IMG/VR virus record: IMGVR_UViG_2541047899_000009
DNA: 47,802 nucleotides
From: a virus
Taxonomy: Duplodnaviria > Heunggongvirae > Uroviricota > Caudoviricetes
Strand: one strand, 5' to 3'
The translations under genes were made by a program, and so were the position numbers. The notes beneath the pieces are model-generated. The model was given only the letters and a program-made list of their open reading frames with translations, was not told the DNA's origin and ran no database searches. Of this stretch, positions 1 to 7,873 are shown piece after piece (position 1 is the stretch's first letter; each line of letters begins with the position of its first letter).

Positions 1-1284
1 TTACAGACTTCTTGAAGGTTGCGCAGCTGTTACAACACGCGGTTGATCTTCCGCGGCATCTTCCAGTGCACTTAAATCACGGTCTTTCACTTCTGGCATT
101 TTCAGCGCAGAGATTAAACCAATCACTGAATATGCCATGATCATAATGGCGATCGGATACCAGGATTCCGTCATGGTGCAGAAAATACCCGCCAGGATAG
201 GACCAAAACCGGAAGCGATAAGACCACCAATTTCTTTAGAAATGGCCATCCGGGTAAAGCGGTTTTTACAGCCGAACATTTCTGCCATGGTAATGTTTTC
301 CAGAGCAAATAATCCCAGCACCGCACAGTTATGAATCACAATCAGTGCCACCATAATGGTGCTCGGGGCATAGCTTTTATCTACGATGATAGAAAGCATT
401 GGCCATGCCAGCACAATCGCGGAGGTATTCATAATAATATACGGGATCCGGCGACCAATTTTATCGGATAACCAACCAAGGAACGGAATGGTCATAAAGC
501 CGAGAATCGAACTGATCATCAATGCATCTGTTGGAATTGCTTTGTTAAACAATAACGTCTGCACTAAATAGCCTGCAAGGAAAGTCTGAATTAAACCGGA
601 GTTACCAGCCTGACCAAAACGCAGCCCTGTTGCCAGCCAGAAGGATTTGCTCTGGAACATGCTACCAGCAGGTGCAGGTTTTGCTGTCGGTTGGTTGCTG
701 TCGTTAACCTTCTCAAAGACCGGGCTTTCTTTCAGATTCATACGCAACCAGATAGCAAAGACCATCACGACAACGCTCGCCAGGAACGGTATACGCCATC
801 CCCACGCAAGCAGTTCCTCTTTACTGAGAATGAAGAACATAAAGGCCCAGATTGCCGTTGCGCTCAAGGTTCCGCAGTTAGTCCCCATAGCCACAAATGA
901 GGAGATAATTCCGCGCTTACCTTTTGGCGCATATTCCGCCAGCATCGTACCGGCACCGGAAATTTCCGCACCTGCACCCAATCCCTGAATAATACGCAGC
1001 GTCACCAGCAAGATGGGTGCAAAAACACCAATCTGTGCATAGGTCGGTAACACACCAATTAAGGTGGTACAGATCCCCATCATGGTGATGGTAATAAAGA
1101 GTACTTTTTTACGCCCGATTCTGTCGCCCATTTTGCCGAAAATAAATGCTCCGACAATACGCGCCACATAACCTGCACCGTAGGTTCCCATTGCCAGAAT
1201 TAACGCCATTGCCGTTGATGATTCAGGAAAAAATATTTCATGAAACACTAACGCTGCGCCGAGCGAATATAACTGGAAATCCAT
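1..1284 (-). CDS. ydfJ: MFS-family inner-membrane metabolite transporter (YdfJ-like)
   Basis: 427-aa ORF with multiple hydrophobic helices and an MFS-type loop motif (GKMGDRIGRKK); stop codon at window positions 1-3. Symbol from recalled similarity to E. coli YdfJ. Confidence 0.8.
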   Translation of the reverse strand: MDFQLYSLGAALVFHEIFFPESSTAMALILAMGTYGAGYVARIVGAFIFGKMGDRIGRKKVLFITITMMGICTTLIGVLPTYAQIGVFAPILLVTLRIIQGLGAGAEISGAGTMLAEYAPKGKRGIISSFVAMGTNCGTLSATAIWAFMFFILSKEELLAWGWRIPFLASVVVMVFAIWLRMNLKESPVFEKVNDSNQPTAKPAPAGSMFQSKSFWLATGLRFGQAGNSGLIQTFLAGYLVQTLLFNKAIPTDALMISSILGFMTIPFLGWLSDKIGRRIPYIIMNTSAIVLAWPMLSIIVDKSYAPSTIMVALIVIHNCAVLGLFALENITMAEMFGCKNRFTRMAISKEIGGLIASGFGPILAGIFCTMTESWYPIAIMIMAYSVIGLISALKMPEVKDRDLSALEDAAEDQPRVVTAAQPSRSL

Positions 1285-2069
1285 AATTCACAGGTGTTTT
1301 TTCCCATCCAGTGGTTTCCTTGGCGTTTTCTAGGTTTTTTCAGATAGTTGCATTTTTTAAAAAGCATCCTAAGTTCGATCTCAGTGTCTATCTGGGGCCT
1401 ATTTCTGTCCCATATATGCCCCAAAAAAACTCCTCAACAGATAAGTAGTTTTTTCATGGAGTTACGCGTAAAATCAATAACGGCTGGAAATCATTCAATA
1501 CTCGCACTATCGAAAAATTTACCAGCCAACCGCAGCACGTTCTTGCATAAGGCGTGTCTGCGGTTTTTCAACTATTCAGATACATCACTCCCATCACATT
1601 CATTCCTCCGCATCAAAGGCATATAGGCTATATCACCTTGATATTTTTCTTCTTCAGATAAAAACTGTTATCTATGTATACTTTTAAACCCAATCCGTGT
1701 AGAGTCTCTGCATAAGATAGTTTGCAGTTGCCACTTCAGCTTGCGCCATAAACCGCCTGATTTTTGCCGCCATCTGTTAGCATTCCTGTATACCTGAAAC
1801 GACAATGTTTATCTACGAACTTTAAGAACACCCAGGATAAAAATTGTCAACTATATCATATATAACACATTACTAATTCGAGGCTATATGAACAGCATAC
1901 TGATAATCACTTCGCTCCTTATCATATTCAGCATTTTTAGTCATGCTCTAATAAAATTAGGGATTGGCATATCCAATAACCCAGACAAAACCGATGTATA
2001 AGTCAACATATCCTGAATCAGACATACAATATCGCAATGAAAATCAATAATATTTTAAGGAATATATTC

Positions 2070-2303
2070 ATGAAATCAAAAGACACCCTAAAGTGGTTCC
2101 CTGCGCAGCTTCCTGAAGTCAGAATTATCCTAGGGGATGCTGTAGTGGAAGTAGCAAAACAGGGAAGACCTATCAATACCAGAACATTGCTTGATTACAT
2201 TGAAGGAAACATAAAGAAAAAATCATGGCTGGATAACAAAGAATTATTACAAACAGCGATATCAGTTCTTAAAGACAACCAAAATTTAAATGGTAAAATG
2301 TAA
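2070..2303 (+). CDS. ydfK: YdfK/YnaE-family small prophage protein
   Basis: 77-aa product from the internal Met (MKSKDTLKWFPAQLPEV...) of ORF 2037..2303; sits next to pin as in Qin/Rac-type prophages. Confidence 0.6.
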   Translation: MKSKDTLKWFPAQLPEVRIILGDAVVEVAKQGRPINTRTLLDYIEGNIKKKSWLDNKELLQTAISVLKDNQNLNGKM

Positions 2304-2619
2304 TATAATAAACTTACTTTTTTATCATTTTTCCACTTTAACAACATTTTGCTCCACTTTTCCACGACCAAACAACTTGAAATCTGGTTAAAATAACACG
2401 CAACACTATTCTTCTTCCTTGAGTCCGCCCGGAACTCGAAAAACAAACCGAGTTAAAGCCATTTTTCACAAAATCGATTTTGGGTCTCACCAAAATTACG
2501 GGGTTGCATACGCATTCGTTTATTTTCGAACGTGTACATACAAACATGCACAAAAATAATCAAAATTATTTTCTGAGATGCATTATGATATGAACACCAA
2601 TTTCGTATAGAGTCTCACT

Positions 2620-3210
2620 ATGTCTCGAATTTTTGCTTACTGTCGGATATCAACGCTGGATCAGACCACCGAAAATCAACGCCGGGAAATCGAAAGTGCA
2701 GGTTTTAAAATCAAACCTCAGCAAATAATCGAAGAACACATTAGCGGCTCAGCAGCAACCAGTGAGCGTCCTGGTTTTAACCGGTTGCTTGCTCGCCTGA
2801 AATGTGGTGATCAATTGATTGTGACAAAACTGGATCGCCTTGGTTGTAATGCAATGGATATCAGGAAAACAGTGGAACAACTGACCGAAACAGGTATCAG
2901 AGTGCATTGCTTAGCATTGGGGGGCATTGACCTGACCAGTCCAACAGGAAAAATGATGATGCAAGTAATTTCAGCAGTCGCTGAATTTGAACGAGACCTT
3001 TTACTTGAACGCACTCATTCCGGGATAGTAAGAGCCCGGGGCGCAGGGAAACGTTTTGGTCGACCACCTGTGTTAAATGAAGAACAGAAACAGGTGGTAT
3101 TCGAACGGATTAAGTCAGGTGTAAGTATAAGTGCCATTGCCCGGGAATTCAAAACCTCGCGGCAAACCATTTTAAGAGCCAAAGCAAAACTTCAGACACC
3201 TGACATATAA
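2620..3210 (+). CDS. pinQ: Pin-type DNA invertase (serine recombinase, Gin/Hin/Cin/Pin family)
   Basis: 196 aa; N-terminal resolvase catalytic region (YCRISTLDQ with Ser nucleophile), C-terminal HTH ([19 protein letters not shown]); adjacent to tail fibre genes. Confidence 0.9.
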
Positions 3211-3437
3211 AAAATAATCTCGGTGTGAGATGCCTTACGTCTTCCAAGCCCCCTTCCTTGCCGTAAATGGAAAGATACATCTAATTATAGAATTTATATG
3301 TTTTACCCTACGGCAGTGCTAGCCATTCAATATCCTGTGCAGTTGACGTATCAACACGGTTCAGCAACACCCGATACTTCTTCAAGGCTTCCCGCAACGA
3401 GGTTTCTTCCTCCGTTGCATATACAGCTCACCTTTTT

Positions 3438-3731
3438 TCACCCACGATTAACCAACAGCCAGACCAGCAGACACGCCACCACCGGCACAGCAAAATCCAT
3501 CAGGCTTGCCACATCCCACGCACGCGGATCAAAACCGCCCCACCACGGCATATTCATACGCTTGCCATGCCCGAACATTTCAATCCAGCGATATTCTGCC
3601 TGGGTATGTTCACGCGCAATGAAGAACGTACAACCAGCTATCGCCCCGTAAGCCCAGTTTCCGGTAAAAAGACCAACCAGTACCTGCGCAGCCACAGCAC
3701 AAAGTGCATGAAGGAAAGGTGTTATATCCAT
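3438..3731 (-). CDS. hypothetical small membrane protein
   Basis: 97-aa ORF with two hydrophobic segments (LHALCAVAAQVLVGLF, FAVPVVACLLVWLLV), directly downstream of the tail fibre genes on the same strand. Confidence 0.45.
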   Translation of the reverse strand: MDITPFLHALCAVAAQVLVGLFTGNWAYGAIAGCTFFIAREHTQAEYRWIEMFGHGKRMNMPWWGGFDPRAWDVASLMDFAVPVVACLLVWLLVNRG

Positions 3732-3741
3732 TACGCCTCCT

Positions 3742-4446
3742 TTATCCGATATCGCTTCGGGAAACGGATAACAACTTTAATTCTGACTCAAGTTCATCAA
3801 CTCTTTCAGTCAGCTTCTGGATATGGTGAATCAGTGGAACAACCAGACGTTCGTACATTACACCTTCGGCAACAAGGCCATTGCTGGAAATGGTTTCCGG
3901 TGCATCATCTTCGTTGGCTGGTCGCCAGTGAACAAACTGAGGGGCAATTTCTCCAACTTCCTCGGCAATCAATCCATAGAATCCCCAGTCACGCCTGTCA
4001 TTTTCGCATTGCGACCTGTACCACACAGGGCGCATCCTGAAAATGAGATCGGCGTGCTCTGAATCTATCGTCTCTACTGAATGTTTATAGCGGATAGACG
4101 ATGTTGACCGCAGCACAGACGAAATTGCAGGGTCAGGATTAAGATAAAGATTTGCCGCCGCTGTAGTTGTGCCCAATCCCCATAAATAAAACGCTTCACG
4201 GCCAGTCAGCGGGTAAAAATCTCCGCCATAACGACCACTTTCCAGATCGTTCACTTCCACTTTGTTTTTCAGCTTATTATCAACTTCAGTTTTTGTGTAT
4301 CTGGTGCTGATATCCTGCTTTGCACTGGCCATATCAGTCTGAAGCGTTGATACTTTTCCGTTAATAGAGGAAATATCTTCCTTTGCTTTACTAACATCTC
4401 CCTTCAGCGTGGTGATGTCTCCCGGAATTACTGTTGATGTAGCCAT
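3742..4446 (-). CDS. tail-fibre-like protein with C-terminal intramolecular chaperone (peptidase S74-like) domain
   Basis: 234 aa; N-terminal coiled-coil-like segment; C-terminal region (SSIRYKHSVETIDSEHADLIF...GLIAEEVGEIAPQFV...GLVAEGVMYERLVVPLIHHIQKLTERVDELESELK) matches the autoproteolytic chaperone pattern of tail fibres and endosialidases. Confidence 0.6.
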   Translation of the reverse strand: MATSTVIPGDITTLKGDVSKAKEDISSINGKVSTLQTDMASAKQDISTRYTKTEVDNKLKNKVEVNDLESGRYGGDFYPLTGREAFYLWGLGTTTAAANLYLNPDPAISSVLRSTSSIRYKHSVETIDSEHADLIFRMRPVWYRSQCENDRRDWGFYGLIAEEVGEIAPQFVHWRPANEDDAPETISSNGLVAEGVMYERLVVPLIHHIQKLTERVDELESELKLLSVSRSDIG

Positions 4447-4455
4447 TTCTCTACC

Positions 4456-4737
4456 TCACATCCAGCCACGAAGTTGATGCTCAACAGCAACCGCGTATTC
4501 ATCGAATAATGACGATATTTGCGTATCCTTAATGATGCGCACGTTTACAAAATATCCATCTTCCTTAACACATACCGGTTCGCCATCTTCAGTCAGCTCT
4601 CCGGTTTCTTTGTACACGTTACCTATCACATCAATCAGAATATCATCCTGCATCGACTCGTCATTATAATAGCCAATACTTCCCATAAAGGCCGAAAAGT
4701 CGGCCCTGTCGGCAAATTTGAGTGTTAAATCTTTCAT
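4456..4737 (-). CDS. hypothetical protein downstream of side tail fibre
   Basis: 93-aa ORF whose start overlaps the stf stop; acidic, no recognisable motif. Confidence 0.45.
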   Translation of the reverse strand: MKDLTLKFADRADFSAFMGSIGYYNDESMQDDILIDVIGNVYKETGELTEDGEPVCVKEDGYFVNVRIIKDTQISSLFDEYAVAVEHQLRGWM

Positions 4738-7148
4738 TAGATTGACTCCCCCATCTGAGCATCAGTCAATGCCTTGTGCCAAATACGCAGATTTCGAACG
4801 TGTCCAAATAGGTGACGGTTGCCGGATGATGATTGACCACCAATATTAATGAAGCCTCCTGTATATTTGTGTTTTTTATAAGGAGAAACTACCTTAGCAC
4901 CAATATTACCGTTAACCACAACACACAATTCTCGACTTTCTGTGAATCTAAAGCCGATAATGCTTTTTCTCTCTGGTCGTTCTATAACGCTTTTATATTC
5001 TATTTTAGTGCCTTTACCATTTGTAATGATTGCGCGTGCTCCCAAAGATGTATACCCCAAATACATATAACTTTCATCTGCAATTTCAGTTGTATCTCCC
5101 GTAGTGGAAATATTAAGAATACGTGCGCTACCTTCTTTGTTTGGCGATTCATCCCAATTGGTATTAACTTCTGCTAATGAACTAATAGCGGGATTGCACC
5201 AATTTAGAGAAATGGGGACCGTTACAATATCGCTGGCGCGTGTTACAGGGGATGCGCCTGTTATAATAAACGATGAAGCGCACGCCCCACCTTCAACTTG
5301 AGGGGTCGCAATATAAATATAATCATCCGCGCCAGTGCCCACTCCTTTTGCCGGGGCATACTGAACCATTCCACCTATCATATTTTCTGTATCAAGTGCC
5401 TTAATTGTCGCCTCAAAAAAGATCCATTTGCTTGCTTCATCTTTAACAGCCCTTGCAGTAATGCGATTAGCGGCACCACCCGTCTTATCAATAGATAAAT
5501 CTGTCGTATTTAAGTAAGCGTCACCTAAGAATGTGTAGGTAGAACCATCATAGTTTTCAAATCGTAATCGGCATCTTAAATTTGGAGTGCCACTTTGCAC
5601 CCTGCATGATATGGTTACATACTTTTCTCCGCCTGTTACATCAAAACCTTTACTGCCGGAAACGGTTACTATGTTAATCGCTGAAATTTGCCCTACCATT
5701 TCTGGTTTTAATGTAAATTTTGCGTACTGGAATCCGAAATCATCTACACCTGATGCACTTAAGATCATATTTGACGACTTGTTCCATTTAGTCGGATTTG
5801 TTGAATTGATTAGCAGGTTAGTTCTTTGCCCCTCAATAAGCAGGCCATCACGTTCAAATCGTGGCTCGTCAATGGCAGCCTCTGTCAGCACACCAGATTT
5901 ATTAATGTAAGTTGCTTTCGATGCGCGTTTAAACTTTACAATCTTGTAGCCAGGCATTGTTATTTCATCGTCGCCAATAACAATTTTTTTATATGATGGC
6001 GAAAAGCCCGTAATCATATCCAGTGAATCATTAAACGGTATCCACACATCGGGCAACGGCTGCAAAACTTGTTTATACGGCTCCGCTGCCTGGCTTGCAT
6101 ACTCTCTGGCTGCGTCTTCACTTGCTTTAGCTGCTGTCTGGCTTGCTGCCGATGCTTGCGCCGAGTTCGCCGCCGCAGTCTCGCTCGCCTTTGCGTTGGT
6201 TTCACTGGTTTTTGCTGCTTTTTGACTGTTAGCTGATGCAGTGGCAGAAGCAGCCGCCGCGCTTGCAGAACTGGCTGCGGCACTCTCGCTTTGGGCCGCT
6301 GCATCCTGACTGCTTTTCGCCGCAGTTTCACTGGCTTTGGCATTCGTTTCGCTGGTCTTCGCTGCCGTCTGGCTGGACTTTGCGTTAGTTTCACTCGTCT
6401 TCGCAGCTTTCTGGCTGTTAGCCGCAGCAGTTGCTGATCCAGCTGCTGAAGTCGCAGAACCGGCTGCCGCGCTCTCGCTTTGGGCTGCTGCAACCTGGCT
6501 GTTTTTTGCCGCAGTTTCACTGGCTTTGGCATTCGTTTCGCTGGTTTTCGCTGCCGTCTGGCTGGACTTTGCGTTGGTTTCGCTCGTCTTTGCGGCTGTC
6601 TCGCTATTTTTCGCGTTGGTTTCTGATTTTTTGGCTGCTGTCGCGGAGTTTGCCGATGCAGTCTTTGAGGTCGCTGCCGCCTGTGCACTATTAGCTGCAT
6701 TCGTTTCTGAGGTTTTCGCCGCGTTCTTTGATGATGCCGCTGCAGTTTCGGATTTCTTTGCCGCCGCTGCGCTCTGAGAGGCGGCTTCGGCGTTGCGTGC
6801 CACTTCTTCCACCATTGCCTCAAAACGACGCAATGCCTCCGGCATGACATCATCTTCCGTCATGGCACCGAGAAAATCATTCAGCGTACCTGGTCTGGAG
6901 CCTTCATAGACGGTAATGGTCCCGGCATGTGAAGGCGGAAAACCTTCAACCAGCAGGGTGACGCTGTACTGGCCATACTCAACATCCATGCTGTAACGTC
7001 CGGCTTCATCCGGATTTTCAGAAGCCACCGTGTTCACCAGTACCGTGGTGCTGTTACGCTTTGCCTTCAGTTGAATAGTGCAGTTCTGTATTGGTTTTCC
7101 CGCACCATCTTTCAGCACACCTGAGATTTTTACTGCTGCCATATCCAC
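4737..7148 (-). CDS. stf: side tail fibre protein (lambda Stf-like N-terminus, Ala/Ser/Thr-rich repeat shaft, lectin/jelly-roll-like C-terminal domain)
   Basis: 803 aa; N-terminus (AVKISGVLKDGAGKPIQNCTIQLKAKRNSTTVLVNTV...YSMDVEYGQYSVTLLVEGFPPSHAGTITVYE) closely matches recalled lambda Stf; long (AAKTSETNAK)n-type repeats follow. Confidence 0.9.
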   Translation of the reverse strand: MDMAAVKISGVLKDGAGKPIQNCTIQLKAKRNSTTVLVNTVASENPDEAGRYSMDVEYGQYSVTLLVEGFPPSHAGTITVYEGSRPGTLNDFLGAMTEDDVMPEALRRFEAMVEEVARNAEAASQSAAAAKKSETAAASSKNAAKTSETNAANSAQAAATSKTASANSATAAKKSETNAKNSETAAKTSETNAKSSQTAAKTSETNAKASETAAKNSQVAAAQSESAAAGSATSAAGSATAAANSQKAAKTSETNAKSSQTAAKTSETNAKASETAAKSSQDAAAQSESAAASSASAAAASATASANSQKAAKTSETNAKASETAAANSAQASAASQTAAKASEDAAREYASQAAEPYKQVLQPLPDVWIPFNDSLDMITGFSPSYKKIVIGDDEITMPGYKIVKFKRASKATYINKSGVLTEAAIDEPRFERDGLLIEGQRTNLLINSTNPTKWNKSSNMILSASGVDDFGFQYAKFTLKPEMVGQISAINIVTVSGSKGFDVTGGEKYVTISCRVQSGTPNLRCRLRFENYDGSTYTFLGDAYLNTTDLSIDKTGGAANRITARAVKDEASKWIFFEATIKALDTENMIGGMVQYAPAKGVGTGADDYIYIATPQVEGGACASSFIITGASPVTRASDIVTVPISLNWCNPAISSLAEVNTNWDESPNKEGSARILNISTTGDTTEIADESYMYLGYTSLGARAIITNGKGTKIEYKSVIERPERKSIIGFRFTESRELCVVVNGNIGAKVVSPYKKHKYTGGFINIGGQSSSGNRHLFGHVRNLRIWHKALTDAQMGESI
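6120..6720. repeat. tandem direct repeats (about 189-bp unit, 2 full copies plus partial copies) inside stf
   Basis: Near-identical stretches beginning around 6322 and 6511 (gcagtttcactggctttggcattcgtttcgctggt...); they encode the repeated AAKTSETNAKSSQTAAKTSETNAKASETAAK blocks. Confidence 0.8.
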
Positions 7149-7153
7149 TCCAC

Positions 7154-7180
7154 AAAAAAGCCCGCCTGAACCGGCGGGCT
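7154..7180 (-). terminator. rho-independent terminator downstream of lom
   Basis: GC-rich hairpin agcccgcc-tgaacc-ggcgggct followed on the minus strand by a T6 tract. Confidence 0.6.
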
Positions 7181-7206
7181 GTCATAACACTGTGTTACCT
7201 GGCTAA

Positions 7207-7806
7207 TCAGAATTTATAACCGACACCCACGATGAAACCGTCAGTGCGCCAGTCACCACTGCCGGAGCCTTCATAAGCAATATCAATGGCCACGGATTCG
7301 GTCGGGTTAAACTGCACGCCAGCTCCCCACGCCAGAGACGTGTTGCTGTGGCGACCGTCATCACTTCCGGTCAGCACATCGTGCGTTTTCCCCTTATTGT
7401 CAGTTACGCGGAGATAATCCCCGGAAAAAGTCGACACACGGCTGTAAGCCATACCCGCCATCGCATACGCGCTGAACCATTCATTCACGCGCACAGACGG
7501 CCCCACCATCACGCTGAACCAGCGGTTACGCACGGAATCTTCATGCCAGCGGGTATTGCTGTAACGGGTAAGCTGGCGATTCTTGTCTCCTGCATAGCTG
7601 AATGACGTCACCAGCCCCAGTGTGTCCGTAAACTCATAACGGTATTTCACGTTAACCCCGTTAAGATCATCGCTGCCGGGAACGTTCGTCGAGGCATGAA
7701 GATACCCCGCGCTCAGCGTGGACTGATGTTCAGATGCCCATGCAGGCGCACCGGATACGGACAGACAGATGGCTGCGGACAAAATGGCTGCACAAACTTT
7801 ACGCAT
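7207..7806 (-). CDS. lom: Lom (Ail/Lom-family outer-membrane beta-barrel protein)
   Basis: 199 aa with signal peptide ([24 protein letters not shown]), alternating beta-strand pattern and C-terminal aromatic residue (GYKF); lies between J and stf as in lambda. Confidence 0.9.
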
Positions 7807-7830
7807 AATTACCTCTCGCTTTTCTGCAAT

Positions 7831-7854
7831 AAAAAAGGCGCCATTTCTGGCGCC
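7831..7854 (-). terminator. rho-independent terminator downstream of J
   Basis: Hairpin ggcgcc-atttct-ggcgcc followed on the minus strand by a T-tract (plus-strand aaaaaa). Confidence 0.55.
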
Positions 7855-7873
7855 CGTATATGGGTTATAAAAT

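Noticed and set aside
1348-1626. 92-aa plus-strand ORF in the ydfJ-ydfK intergenic region
   Set aside because: No RBS or motif and low-complexity sequence; likely non-coding promoter or junction DNA.
2440-2460. gix-like half-site (aaaccgag) upstream of pin
   Set aside because: Only one half-site-like match and no convincing 26-bp dyad or partner site found by eye; retained only as a hypothesis under the pin finding.
3298-3651. 117-aa plus-strand ORF downstream of pin
   Set aside because: Overlaps the better-supported minus-strand membrane-protein ORF; Pro/Ser/Thr/His-rich low-complexity translation.
6014-6853. 279-aa Arg/Gln/Lys-rich minus-strand ORF and several plus-strand ORFs (6337..6777, 6431..6694) in the stf repeat region
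   Set aside because: Alternative-frame translations of the tandem repeats; the stf frame has clear lambda Stf homology and the others are repeat artefacts.
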